From positions 22,284-86,283 of the forward strand of contig JAAZZQ010000050.1 in the NCBI GenBank assembly GCA_014239155.1: a stretch of 64,000 nucleotides of DNA, given 5' to 3'. The notes beneath the pieces are model-generated. The model worked only from the letters and a program-made list of their open reading frames with translations, was not told the DNA's origin and searched no databases. The position numbers were made by a program, and so were the translations under genes. Source of the stretch: Lachnospiraceae bacterium. Its GTDB lineage: Bacteria; Bacillota; Clostridia; Lachnospirales; Lachnospiraceae. Shown here in pieces: positions 12,001 through 21,318 of this stretch. Position 1 is the first letter of the stretch, and every line of letters begins with the position of its first letter.

Positions 12001-12441
12001 TCTTCTAAGCTTGACATCTCGGTAAATCCCTGCGCCGCTGTACCAGCGGCTATTGGGGGATTGATGGCGCACACACACCACAATTTCATTGTTGCCATTC
12101 TGAAGAAAGGGCGTCATCTCAACCGAAAAAGCAGAGTAACCATATTTCCATTCGCCTGCCAAGTTTCCATTCACATATACTTGACAGTCCATATAAACCC
12201 CGTCAAAACACAAGCTAACCAGTTCCCCGACCGTCTTATTCCATAAAAAGTTCTTTCGATACCACCCAGTACTATTTTCATATAAGTTATTTACCTGTCC
12301 AATCAGCCAATCATGCGGAAGTCCCACAGGAACAAAACAATCATTCTTTGTGCGGACTTCCTCCAATTTGGTATCCAGCTTCTGCTTTGTAAATTCCCAT
12401 CCATCATTGAAAAGCACTTCTGTTTTCATATTAATCCCCAT
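8998..12441 (-). CDS. Glycoside hydrolase family 2 enzyme (beta-galactosidase/beta-glucuronidase type) with long C-terminal extension
   Basis: 1147 aa. N-terminal GH2 sugar-binding pattern FNDGWEF...LPHDW, and acid/base block IIMWSVGNEIYD. The start could instead be the internal MKTEV (12429). Its 3' end overlaps the araC-family 3' end by 19 nt (convergent). Confidence 0.85.
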   Translation of the reverse strand: MGINMKTEVLFNDGWEFTKQKLDTKLEEVRTKNDCFVPVGLPHDWLIGQVNNLYENSTGWYRKNFLWNKTVGELVSLCFDGVYMDCQVYVNGNLAGEWKYGYSAFSVEMTPFLQNGNNEIVVCVRHQSPNSRWYSGAGIYRDVKLRRVWETHIPKNGIYVTAIKTQEDMWSLEIDTEVVCKEEATLVYTLVDEEENVVWNGRESLCPQQDIIVHQTRAFVPNPQLWDICAPKRYCLKANLWRKEKLLQEEAVWFGFREIAFNPNTGFFLNGRHVKLKGVCEHHDLGCLGAAFNKTAMRRKFVILQKMGVNAVRLTHNMPASDLMELADEMGILIVSEAFDMWERTKTEYDYGRFFKDWYQKDVESWIRRDRNHPSIIMWSVGNEIYDTHVDESGQRIARALLLEVRKQDPKNHAPVTIGSNYMPWENAQKCADIIETVGYNYAENYYNQHHCAHPNWVIYGSETSSTVQSRGIYHFPYQRSVLAEEDLQCSALGNSTTSWGAKSSESCIIAERDCAFSCGQFLWSGFDYIGEPTPYHTKNSYFGQIDTAGFPKDSYYLYQAEWTDVKTAPMVHVFPYWDFNEGQQIDVRVCSNAPEVELFVNGESQGKYQIDHQKGCQLTGNWIVPYHSGAIEAVAYDEQGKVLAREVRHSFKEPAKLCLEPDKHTVFADARDLIFVEITARDVDGYPVENANNRVQVHVSGAGRLVGMDNGDSTDYDAYKGNSRRLFNGKLLAVIAANREAGELIVTAVSQGMPETQLVLYAKACEAEEGVSFAAYGFDEREQMQPPEEEIFVRTIKLSCETGTRLEPANPSAIVHAAIYPENASDKNLIFALVDEAGILSNLATLETDGTCARVTAKADGAFWLRCMSKCGQEHVEIISQLGFTVTGLGTAYIDPYAFVCGGQYQYNKGDVGNGNEKGVATSRDGETQVGYKNLDFGSFGSDEITVPIFALSDEPYSIQIWEGMPDEEGSSLVGDVVYQKPSIWNVYQPETWKLNRRLTGITSLCFVLHQKIHIKGFSFARKNKAFERLSACMCDHVYGDCFTVTETGINGIGNNVTVEFEKMDFGETGISGIKICGRTPLAQQAVHIRFRTLEGEHRQLVEFLHAEKAQEMEFPLKCVTGIQDVAFVFLPGSQFDFQWFQFVRS

Positions 12442-12626
12442 TCTTGATGCACCTGCGAATTCCTGACATCAAAAAGCGTAAACTCTTTGCTGTATGAAGC
12501 GCAGGCACAAATTTGCCGTGTAAAAAATTTATTTTCCACACTATCCTCTGAAGTTATTTTCCTTCATAAGTTATTGTTGTATTTTAATATTTTCACTATC
12601 ATTGTCTACTTCTAATTCGTGAACCT

Positions 12627-13931
12627 CTACAGTTTAGTCAAATTGAAAATCCATCTAAGCCAACCATATACAGAGCTTGCCCTGCGTACTATCTGTCCTT
12701 CATCACACACATGTAACGCACGCATTTTATTTTCAATGTCTTTTTTATTTGCCATAGTTCCTGTTTGAATCATATTATCAAAAAAATCGCCAAATATCTG
12801 ATGTTCTAAAATGAAAGCTACCAGTTTCAACTGTCTTTCCTTGTAGTTTAATTTAAAAACTTTATTTCCTAAAGCTGTCAATCGAATTACTCGTTGCTTG
12901 TCCTCACTTGTTTTCTCGAATAACCCCAAATATTTTCCTGCATTATAATAATAATCTGACTGGCGTAGTTCAAAATCCATCAATTCTGCAATCTGCTGGC
13001 TGGTCATTGGATTTTCGTACATGTTCTCTAATAAGGAAATAATTCTTTCCATTGAATTAGCCTGTATAAATGGCACATCTGAATTAGCCATATTGTCATC
13101 TGTCTTGACTGCTGTATTTTCTCTTACTTTCAGTAAGTCATCTAAAGTTATTGTTGTATCCTGCAAGGAATAATTTTTCATCCGAATTAATTCAATGGAG
13201 GAATAATCTTCTAACACATTAAAACGATATTCAAACAACCTGTAAATCATATTTGAATACACTGAAAAAACCAACCGAATTGGTTTTTTTACCTTATTTC
13301 TCCACAATCTATATGGATAGTATAGTTGACGGACATGAAAATCTTCATGAACCACATTCTTTGCTTCCATAATCACAACAGACTCAGCGTTCTCAAAACC
13401 ACCGTCTATTTCACACTGTGCATTATTAACATGAATCTTTTGTTTCACATTCCTTGTTGTATCAACTACAAAATCAAATTTCCCAGTTCCCATTCGCCCA
13501 TTAAATGTAGCAACATTCCCATTTGTATTTAAAAAATCATCTAATATACCTGTTAATATTAGCACATTGATTGCATTTGCTTCTGAGCTGATATTATTCA
13601 CATCTATTGATTCATAATCCGGCAGTTCTACGTGATCCATTTGTGTCACATGTTCCTCAAGTTCTGGAATCTTCTGGTACAATAAAAAATCACTTATAAC
13701 ATATGAGCTTCTACTATCTGATAAAATATTAATTTTATTGTCCCGCAATACCTTAGGTAAAGAATCGGTGCTATCCCACTTTGCCATTAATCTTGGCTCC
13801 TTATATGGTTTTATCTGACTTGCTTTCATATGATAGCATCCGTTTCTCTCAACTTCTTCTAAGATGTTATATTTATCTATCAACATCTTCCATGCGTCAT
13901 TAGCCGACATGTTATTTTTTTTCTGGGACAT
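12627..13931 (-). CDS. Putative type II restriction endonuclease (PD-(D/E)XK-like core, helical C-terminal region)
   Basis: 434 aa. Its start overlaps the stop of the upstream Dam-family MTase by 20 nt. Candidate nuclease motif EIDGGFENAESVVIMEAKNV (D...E-x-K). The region is AT-rich relative to its flanks. No family name could be assigned from memory. Confidence 0.55.
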   Translation of the reverse strand: MSQKKNNMSANDAWKMLIDKYNILEEVERNGCYHMKASQIKPYKEPRLMAKWDSTDSLPKVLRDNKINILSDSRSSYVISDFLLYQKIPELEEHVTQMDHVELPDYESIDVNNISSEANAINVLILTGILDDFLNTNGNVATFNGRMGTGKFDFVVDTTRNVKQKIHVNNAQCEIDGGFENAESVVIMEAKNVVHEDFHVRQLYYPYRLWRNKVKKPIRLVFSVYSNMIYRLFEYRFNVLEDYSSIELIRMKNYSLQDTTITLDDLLKVRENTAVKTDDNMANSDVPFIQANSMERIISLLENMYENPMTSQQIAELMDFELRQSDYYYNAGKYLGLFEKTSEDKQRVIRLTALGNKVFKLNYKERQLKLVAFILEHQIFGDFFDNMIQTGTMANKKDIENKMRALHVCDEGQIVRRASSVYGWLRWIFNLTKL

Positions 13932-14760
13932 AACAAATTAATACCTCACTAATTCCGCCACGCTTATTTGCATTGCTATTAATACTTCTTTTCGCTTGTA
14001 CTGTCCTAATATCATATTCTCTATACAATTCTCGTATCTCCGGGCAATCCGAATTGGATTGCAAAAAAGAGATTTCTTTTTCTTTTAACCTGTCACACTC
14101 ATTTTTTAATGCAACTTGCTGTTCGTATGAAAATCCATTTTCTGTATATCCCGTAAAAGACGAAGAAGATGATATTGGCATATAAGGAGGATCTAAATAT
14201 ACAAATGCTCCCCTTCGCAATCCTTTTAATGCCTCTCTGTAATCTCCCTGCTTAATCGTGATTTTTGAATTTTTAAGATAGCTCGACATTGCTCGTATCG
14301 TTGTCGCATTCACAATATTAGGATTTTTGTATTTTCCATATGGAGAATTAAATTGTCCTGCTGAATTTACTCTATATAAACCATTGTAGCACGTTTTATT
14401 AAGATAAATGATTCTTGCCGCTTTTTGAACACTACTCATCTTAGCATATTCTAAACTTCTGTCCAACGCTCTCAAATTATAAAAATACTCTCCTGTATTT
14501 TTTTCATTATGTTCTTCCAATAAGGCAATCAGTTCTTCCGGAAAATCTCTTACAACCTCATACACATTTATAAGTTCTGTATTATAATCGTTTATGATTG
14601 CCTTCTTAGGTTGCAATTCAAAAAAGACAGCTCCACCACCTACAAATGGTTCAACATACGTAGAACAATTTTTATTAATCAAGGGCATAATATCAGCCAA
14701 CAACTGCCTTTTGCCACCAACCCATTTTAAAATAGGACGAATTAAACTATTGTTAGCCAT
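13912..14760 (-). CDS. Dam-family site-specific DNA N6-adenine methyltransferase
   Basis: 282 aa. N-terminal KWVGGKRQL, SAM motif EPFVGGGAVFF, catalytic motif LDPPY. Confidence 0.9.
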   Translation of the reverse strand: MANNSLIRPILKWVGGKRQLLADIMPLINKNCSTYVEPFVGGGAVFFELQPKKAIINDYNTELINVYEVVRDFPEELIALLEEHNEKNTGEYFYNLRALDRSLEYAKMSSVQKAARIIYLNKTCYNGLYRVNSAGQFNSPYGKYKNPNIVNATTIRAMSSYLKNSKITIKQGDYREALKGLRRGAFVYLDPPYMPISSSSSFTGYTENGFSYEQQVALKNECDRLKEKEISFLQSNSDCPEIRELYREYDIRTVQAKRSINSNANKRGGISEVLICYVPEKK

Positions 14761-14900
14761 GAAATCTTCCCTTCCTAAACTCGTTTTAACATTTTATTTT
14801 ATAATATTATATCGTATCTTTGTTCTATAGTAAAGATATTTCCAATATTTTGCAAACATTTATTCTTATTTTGTCACTGTTCACTCCGTTCCAGTAACAG

Positions 14901-14942
14901 GTAAAAATCCATGTAAAATTTGCTTCGCAAATGGATTTTTAC
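14901..14942 (-). terminator. Hairpin terminator downstream of the reductase gene
   Basis: GTAAAAATCCAT (14901-14912) pairs with ATGGATTTTTAC (14931-14942). It lies just after the stop at 14959. Confidence 0.5.
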
Positions 14943-14958
14943 TTGCTTCTGCTCATTC

Positions 14959-16563
14959 CTAAACATATTTTTGCAGCGTTCTGCGGACTGCCCCTGGCTC
15001 TGCTGACAACTCTCTAAAATAACCGCACACCTTGTCAGCCAGACCTACTTTATACAGATTAACGCCAAAAATTTTATCATTTTCCATAATTGGTCTTAAG
15101 ACAGACTCCACATCAGTATCCCCCAATTTTAGCTTTGCCATCTGCGGGCATAGTGTCTCAAGCAATGGATCTGGACTTAATTCAAACGGTTTGCCGTTGT
15201 CATCTACTGCCATTAAATAGCGCATCCAACCTGCAAGCACAAGTGGTATTATGTGCAGGTCATCCACTCTGCGGTCACTATCTGTCTGATATGCCTTAAT
15301 TGTCTCGCCAAAACGAATTGCCAACTTCTGTGATGTGTCTGTCGCTATCCGCTGCGGCGTATCTGGCATAAACGGATTTGGCACACGCACTTTAAGCACT
15401 GTGTCAATAAATTCTCTAGGATTTAAAATCCCCGGATTAATCACCACAGGAAGTCCCTCCTGATACCCTACAGTCTCAACCAATTTCACCAGCTCCCTAT
15501 CTTGCATTTCATCCGAAATTTTATGATATCCAAGCAGACAGCCAAAAATTGCAAGACAAGTATGCAATGGATTAAGACAGGTGCACACTTTCATTTTCTC
15601 CACTTTGTCCACTGTCTCACGGTCAGTAAATAAAATTCCACCTTCCTCAAGTTTTGGACGCCCATTTGGGAAATCGTCCTCAATTACCAGATATTCCGTC
15701 TCCTCAGCGTTTACAAACGGCGCAACATATGTATTTTTAGAAGTAATAACTGGCTCTAGTTCCTCCACACCGTCCTCCTGTAAAATTTTTTCCACAGATA
15801 CATCTGGTCTAGGTGTAATTTTGTCAATCATACTCCACGGAAAGGAAACTTTTTCAGAGTCAATATACGTCAAAAAGTCTGCATCTACCTTTCCATTTTC
15901 CACCCATGCCTTCGCAAACGCTGAAACTGCTGCGTATAGTTTATCGCCATTGTGTGAACAGTTGTCTGTGCTGACCATCGCAATCGGTTTTTGTCCTGCA
16001 TCATATCGCGCATATAACAAAGCAGACACCTTTCCCATATAGCTTGCGGGCTTCTGTGGTCCCGCTGCAAAATCCGCCCCAACATCAGGCAACAGATCTC
16101 CCTTTGCATTTGTCAAGCTATAACCTTTCTCAGTGATTGTGAATGTTGCCATCTGCAAGGAATCATTCGCAAAAATTCCCTTCAGCCGCCCAAACGCCAT
16201 GTCATTTTGCGAATCCAGTGGCAGCGCCTCGGCAACGCTCCCGATTACTTTCTTGTCAATCGTGCCGTCCGCCTTCAATGTCACTGCAATGCCAAGATTA
16301 TCATGCGGCGCGTACATCTTTTCTATAATTTCATAATCAAACCCCTCCGCCACAAGAATTCCTTTATCTAGCTTCCCAACATCTAGCAGGCTCTGCACTA
16401 AAACAGCATGAAATGCGCGAAACAGATTTCCTGCCCCAAAATGAATCCAAAATGGATTCTCCCTCGCTGCTCTTATAGCTTTCTGCATATCATATTTTGG
16501 CAGAGAATATCCTTTCTCCTCCCACTGTTTTTGCTCTGCAATGCCCTGTAAACTAATTTTCAT
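14959..16563 (-). CDS. Mannitol dehydrogenase family oxidoreductase (fructuronate/tagaturonate reductase-like)
   Basis: 534 aa. N-terminal Rossmann block WIHFGAGNLFRAF. The length and context (GH67/glucuronate release) fit a hexuronate pathway reductase. Confidence 0.78.
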   Translation of the reverse strand: MKISLQGIAEQKQWEEKGYSLPKYDMQKAIRAARENPFWIHFGAGNLFRAFHAVLVQSLLDVGKLDKGILVAEGFDYEIIEKMYAPHDNLGIAVTLKADGTIDKKVIGSVAEALPLDSQNDMAFGRLKGIFANDSLQMATFTITEKGYSLTNAKGDLLPDVGADFAAGPQKPASYMGKVSALLYARYDAGQKPIAMVSTDNCSHNGDKLYAAVSAFAKAWVENGKVDADFLTYIDSEKVSFPWSMIDKITPRPDVSVEKILQEDGVEELEPVITSKNTYVAPFVNAEETEYLVIEDDFPNGRPKLEEGGILFTDRETVDKVEKMKVCTCLNPLHTCLAIFGCLLGYHKISDEMQDRELVKLVETVGYQEGLPVVINPGILNPREFIDTVLKVRVPNPFMPDTPQRIATDTSQKLAIRFGETIKAYQTDSDRRVDDLHIIPLVLAGWMRYLMAVDDNGKPFELSPDPLLETLCPQMAKLKLGDTDVESVLRPIMENDKIFGVNLYKVGLADKVCGYFRELSAEPGAVRRTLQKYV

Positions 16564-16831
16564 GATACCTGTCTCCTTTCCTATAGATTATTAAAATTAT
16601 TTTACACCCTTTCGCAAATCCATTTCTTATCATTTATTACGATAGTGTAAGCATATATTGCGATTTTGTATGCCTATTTTACAACAGTTTGGACTTATGT
16701 CAATACTTTGGACAAAAAGTTAAATATTATCACAAATATTGAAATTTTCCTTTATTTTTTGTACACTATAATAGACGACACAAAAGTAGATTCGTCTTCA
16801 ACTATGAGAATATTGAAAGGGAGATTATAAT

Positions 16832-18514
16832 ATGAAAAAAGCACTTAGCCAATCCTTACTCACCACCATCTTAAATGGTATTTCTATCATATCACTATTT
16901 TTTCTGGTGTTTTCACTGTATTCGTACAGAAACATCAACACACAGCTTGACAGTGCATATGAGGACCGCTTCAATCTCACTTACAACGCAAATCGCTTTA
17001 TGAATGGCTCCGCCTATCTGACAAATGAGGTGCGCGCATTTGCTGCTACTGGACTTCAAGAACACTTTGACAATTACTGGAATGAAGTTGACACTTTGAA
17101 AAACCGTGACAAAGGTGTCACCGCAATGCAGGAGATTGGTATCACCTCCTCAGAACAGCGAATGATTGATGACATGTATGCGCTCTCCAATCAACTTGTC
17201 CCACTAGAAGATGAAGCGATGAAGAATGTGAACAACGGAAAAAGAGCAGACGCACTAGATTATGTATATGGGACAGAATACAATGATTCCATCGCCAAAA
17301 TTAACACATTAAAAGAACAATTCCTCTCCGCTTTGGACACACGCACAGCACAACAAGTTTCACTTTTAAAACAGGATATTGAAACTATTCGTGTGCAGAT
17401 GATACTAGCGCTCTCTATTGTCGGCATCATGCAGTTGCTCAATATGCTCCTAGTCCGTTTCAAAGTGCTGCGTCCTGTTATGACAGTCAAAAGGCAAATG
17501 CAAGAAATTTCTCAAGGAAATCTCTCAGCTAGTTTTAATCTAACGCCAGACACTTCAGAAATTGGAATGCTTGTAAACTCTATCCACGACACAAAACGCG
17601 AGCTAAAAAAATATATTAGCGATATCAATAGCACCTTGACACAGATGGCACAGGGAAACCTGAATTTATCTATTGGCAACGACTATCGCGGTGAATTTCA
17701 ACCCATTCAACGCGCAATGGCACAAATCCTTGACGCTTTCAACAATGCGTTATATCAGATTAATAAGACTTCAGAGCATGTATCAGAAGAATCCGTTAAA
17801 GTGTCATCGAGTGCGCAGAGCATGTCAGATGGCGCCACAGAGCAGGCGGCTGCAGTACAAGAATTGTCCGCAAGTATCTCTGAGATTTCAACGCAGGTGA
17901 ACAATACTTCTTCTGACGCGGACAATGCAAACAAGGCGTCAGTGGAGGCTATGAAGCATCTGTCAATGTGCAATGAAAAAATGGAAGCGCTAGGCATAGC
18001 AATCGAGGAAATCTCTAACTCTTCCCGCCAAATCGGGGGTATTACAAAAGCAATTGAGGATATTTCCCTACAGACAAATATCCTTGCGCTAAACGCATCT
18101 GTAGAAGCAGCACGTGCGGGCGAGGCAGGCAAAGGATTTGCAGTTGTGGCGGGTGAAGTGCAAAGCCTTGCAAACAAGAGTACGGAATCCGCCAAAAATA
18201 TTTCACTCTTAATAGAAAAATCTATTAAGCAGGTTCAAAGCGGTGCTTCTTTGTCTGTCGAAACCATGAATGCACTGACAGAAGTAATTGCCAGCAGCGA
18301 ACAGTCTGCGGCAATGATTGAGCGGATTGCCTCCTCTGCCTTGCAGCAGGCAGAAGAACTAGAACAAGTGACAGTTGGAATGAACCAGATCTCTGATGTT
18401 GTTCAGAACAACGCTTCAACTGCAGAAGACACTGCCTCCTCTGCACAAGAATTACGACACAATGCTGAAGATTTGAAGGACTCCGTACATAGATTTCGAT
18501 TGCGAAGAAAATAA
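16832..18514 (+). CDS. Methyl-accepting chemotaxis protein
   Basis: 560 aa. N-terminal TM, HAMP-like segment, conserved signalling hairpin [35 protein letters not shown]. Confidence 0.92.
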   Translation: MKKALSQSLLTTILNGISIISLFFLVFSLYSYRNINTQLDSAYEDRFNLTYNANRFMNGSAYLTNEVRAFAATGLQEHFDNYWNEVDTLKNRDKGVTAMQEIGITSSEQRMIDDMYALSNQLVPLEDEAMKNVNNGKRADALDYVYGTEYNDSIAKINTLKEQFLSALDTRTAQQVSLLKQDIETIRVQMILALSIVGIMQLLNMLLVRFKVLRPVMTVKRQMQEISQGNLSASFNLTPDTSEIGMLVNSIHDTKRELKKYISDINSTLTQMAQGNLNLSIGNDYRGEFQPIQRAMAQILDAFNNALYQINKTSEHVSEESVKVSSSAQSMSDGATEQAAAVQELSASISEISTQVNNTSSDADNANKASVEAMKHLSMCNEKMEALGIAIEEISNSSRQIGGITKAIEDISLQTNILALNASVEAARAGEAGKGFAVVAGEVQSLANKSTESAKNISLLIEKSIKQVQSGASLSVETMNALTEVIASSEQSAAMIERIASSALQQAEELEQVTVGMNQISDVVQNNASTAEDTASSAQELRHNAEDLKDSVHRFRLRRK

Positions 18515-18553
18515 TTTCTTTATAATACAATTACTTTAAGGAGAGAGATACCA

Positions 18554-20332
18554 ATGAAAAATGTAAGTGTGAAACTTAAAATGACAATAATTGGCATTAT
18601 GGTTATTGCCTTTATGATATTCAGCATTCAATTTTCTGTGCGCAATATGCGCGCGATTGATGAGCGAATTCTTTTAGAGGAGGAGGAAAATATCCGAGCA
18701 GATTATGACAACAACATCAGACAACAAGTAATGCAAGTCATCACACTTCTTGAGGCATATCAAGCTGACATTGACGCGGGCGTCTATACCAGAGAGGAGG
18801 GCATGAAACTTGCAGCCGGCAAAGTGCGAGCCCTGCGCTACAGTGAAGACGGTTATTTCTGGGTAGACCAATCTGACGGGACAAATATTGTGCTGCTCGG
18901 GAATAGTACTGAAGGAACAAATCGTCTTAGTACCAAAGATGTGACTGGATTTGAGATGGTAAAGGATTTTATCCACGGTGCCATCGCACAAAATGGATAT
19001 TTTTGTGACTATCAATATCCAAAAGAAGGCGAAACAGACCCCATGCCAAAACGAGCATATACAGAGTATTTTGAACCGTTTGACTGGATTGTTGGCACCG
19101 GAAACTACATTGACAATATTGATGCACAGATTGCTGCATCCAGAGAGAAGGCAAATACATTTACCAACCAAAAAATCAGGATTTTTATTGCTGTATGCAT
19201 TGCATTTGCACTTATTATTATTTTATTTCTTACTGTGACTATTTTTAATATTACAAAACCATTAAATCAAATTGGGGCAATTCTCCGCAGTATGTCAAGT
19301 GGTGACTTTTCAGTAAAAATTGATGAACGGACTTTACATCGTCGAGATGACTTTGGCGCATTGTCTCAGATTTTGGAGAAAATGCGAATTAACATTGGAG
19401 AACTGATACACAATGTTAAGGAAGAGACAAATCATACCATTGAGAGTGTTAATGGTATCTCGCAAAATATGTTACACCTCAATACCAAAGTAGAAGATGT
19501 GTCATCGACTACCACACAACTTTCCGCTTCTATGGATGGAACTGCCTCAACTGCCGGCAGCATTTATGAGATGACAAAACAAATTGAATTTGCAGCAAAA
19601 AATATTGCGGAACGTGCTCAGGAGGGAGCGGGACGCGCAGAACTTATTCACAAAAAAGCTGTGAATGCAAAAGGCTCGGCGGGGGATAGCAAAAATAGTC
19701 TAATACAGCAAAAGACTGCCATTGAAGGCAATCTACAGGAAGCGCTCGCAAAAGTAAAAGTTGTCTCTGAAATCTCGGCGCTTGCTGAGTCCATAATGGA
19801 AATTACATCTCAAACAAACCTTTTATCCCTAAATGCAAGCATTGAAGCTGCCAGGGCCGGAGATGCCGGCAAGGGATTTGCAGTTGTGGCAGATGAAATC
19901 CGAAAGCTCGCTGAACAGTCACAAAACAGCACAGAAAATATTAAAAAAGTTACAGAACAGGTCAATGCCTCTGTGGAAAGTCTTGCCCTTGACGCAAAAC
20001 AGTTACTGATTTTTATTGACACAAAGGTTATGGACAGCATTAATCTGTTTGAGACGATTGCTAACGATTACAATGAAGATGCTGGAGAAATTGATTCGCT
20101 TGTCACTGATTTCAGCGCTATTTCCGAAGAACTTCTCGCTTCCATCAACAATATTACGGATTCTCTAAATGGGATTTCTCAGGCAGCGCAGGAAAGCGCA
20201 CAAGGAACGGCAAACATAGCCGATCGTGTTATAGAGGTGGCACAGATTTCGGATTCTGTCAATACCTCACTACAAGATGCAAATGGAATTGTCGGCAGGC
20301 TAAACAATGCAACCGGAAAATTCCATTTATAG
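18554..20332 (+). CDS. Methyl-accepting chemotaxis protein with Cache-type periplasmic sensor
   Basis: 592 aa. Cache-like block [29 protein letters not shown], and signalling domain [35 protein letters not shown]. Confidence 0.92.
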   Translation: MKNVSVKLKMTIIGIMVIAFMIFSIQFSVRNMRAIDERILLEEEENIRADYDNNIRQQVMQVITLLEAYQADIDAGVYTREEGMKLAAGKVRALRYSEDGYFWVDQSDGTNIVLLGNSTEGTNRLSTKDVTGFEMVKDFIHGAIAQNGYFCDYQYPKEGETDPMPKRAYTEYFEPFDWIVGTGNYIDNIDAQIAASREKANTFTNQKIRIFIAVCIAFALIIILFLTVTIFNITKPLNQIGAILRSMSSGDFSVKIDERTLHRRDDFGALSQILEKMRINIGELIHNVKEETNHTIESVNGISQNMLHLNTKVEDVSSTTTQLSASMDGTASTAGSIYEMTKQIEFAAKNIAERAQEGAGRAELIHKKAVNAKGSAGDSKNSLIQQKTAIEGNLQEALAKVKVVSEISALAESIMEITSQTNLLSLNASIEAARAGDAGKGFAVVADEIRKLAEQSQNSTENIKKVTEQVNASVESLALDAKQLLIFIDTKVMDSINLFETIANDYNEDAGEIDSLVTDFSAISEELLASINNITDSLNGISQAAQESAQGTANIADRVIEVAQISDSVNTSLQDANGIVGRLNNATGKFHL

Positions 20333-20362
20333 ATACCACTGTCGTATTCTTATTTTATTGGG

Positions 20363-20398
20363 TTAGAAGACGGATTCACATTGCAGTCCGCCTTCTAA
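20363..20398 (+). terminator. Hairpin after the second MCP gene
   Basis: TTAGAAGACGGA (20363-20374) pairs with TCCGCCTTCTAA (20387-20398). The downstream T-run is weak. Confidence 0.5.
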
Positions 20399-20414
20399 TC
20401 TTTATATAACTCAT

Positions 20415-21194
20415 TCATGTTTGTAAGTTGTATTTCTTTGCCCTTAAAATAATACTATTCTCCTGAAATAACTCCTCAATTATTCGATGTTCTAATATTT
20501 TTCGCCGCTCTAAATGTGCTATCAGTCCATCAAAATCTGTCAAATGATACTTCCTGCCATATGGTGACGCTTGAAGATATTGCATCATCATTGGAAACCA
20601 TATTTCATTTCCATTCTCGTCAGAACGCTCTCTTTTAATAATATTAATTGACTCTGCAATATCCTCCACATCCAGATAAATAATTTTATATTGTTTGCTC
20701 GCAAGGATTTTCTTTAGCTTTCTGTAAAATGCAAAAATCTCCTCTTCTGACATCATAAGGTACAACATCTGATTTTCTATAATATTTTGAAAAATGGAGC
20801 ACTCAAAAATCTGCCCTGTCTCATTCCATCGCTCAAACCGCTCAAGAACTACACTTTCAAATGACTCCTTGTCCAAATTTCCATTGTAAATTTCATACTT
20901 TTCTAAGTCTTTATGAAATCCCGGAATCTCTGTCAAAATCTGCGTGTAACAAACAATCTTATAACTTCCTTCTGAGAAAGTTTTTTGTTTAATTTGCGCT
21001 TCAATTGCAGCGTAGCGCAACAGTATTTCCCTGTACTGTTTTTCTGTGACATAAGCGCACCAAGCAAGTTCTACAGGGGAATAATCCCCCTCACGAAAAA
21101 CCTGATAGTCTCTTTGTTTGTCAGAAAGTTTTTGCACAAGTGTCGATTTGCCTGCGCCCTGCAAACCTTCTATAAAATAATTTGTTTTGTTCAT
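20415..21194 (-). CDS. P-loop NTPase (kinase-like AAA-family ATPase), function unknown
   Basis: Walker A GLQGAGKST. I moved the start to MNKTNYFIEG (ATG 21194) because AGGAAAGGTAAGGG lies upstream. The track's longer start (21248) would translate through the conserved RNA-like motif copy. Confidence 0.7.
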   Translation of the reverse strand: MNKTNYFIEGLQGAGKSTLVQKLSDKQRDYQVFREGDYSPVELAWCAYVTEKQYREILLRYAAIEAQIKQKTFSEGSYKIVCYTQILTEIPGFHKDLEKYEIYNGNLDKESFESVVLERFERWNETGQIFECSIFQNIIENQMLYLMMSEEEIFAFYRKLKKILASKQYKIIYLDVEDIAESINIIKRERSDENGNEIWFPMMMQYLQASPYGRKYHLTDFDGLIAHLERRKILEHRIIEELFQENSIILRAKKYNLQT

Positions 21195-21230
21195 TGCCCT
21201 TACCTTTCCTGCAAATGTCTCTGTACAATT

Positions 21231-21303
21231 CAAGAATGCCATCGGCATTCTTGCTACAACATGCGGGTCAACTCTGCTAACAGATTACAGATTCGCGCGC
21301 CTG
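21231..21303 (-). repeat. Copy 4 of a conserved ~73-nt two-hairpin motif (family 1); intercistronic, 37 nt upstream of the P-loop gene start
   Basis: The reverse complement reads CAGGCGCGCGAATCTGTAATCTGTTAGCAGAGTTGACCCGCATGTTGTAGCAAGAATGCCGATGGCATTCTTG. It aligns with the copies at 27014, 28358 and 47958. Confidence 0.6.
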
Positions 21304-21318
21304 TAATAAAACTCTTTA

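Noticed and set aside
12442-14958. Calling the R-M region a mobile element or genomic island feature
   Set aside because: No integrase, transposase, tRNA or flanking repeats were seen. Only the AT-rich composition and the interruption of a catabolic locus support horizontal origin, so I report it as a finding rather than a mobile_element feature.
21195-21248. N-terminal extension MPMAFLNCTETFAGKVRA of the P-loop ORF
   Set aside because: The extension is the translation of the conserved P3 hairpin of motif copy 4. A good RBS precedes the internal ATG at 21194.
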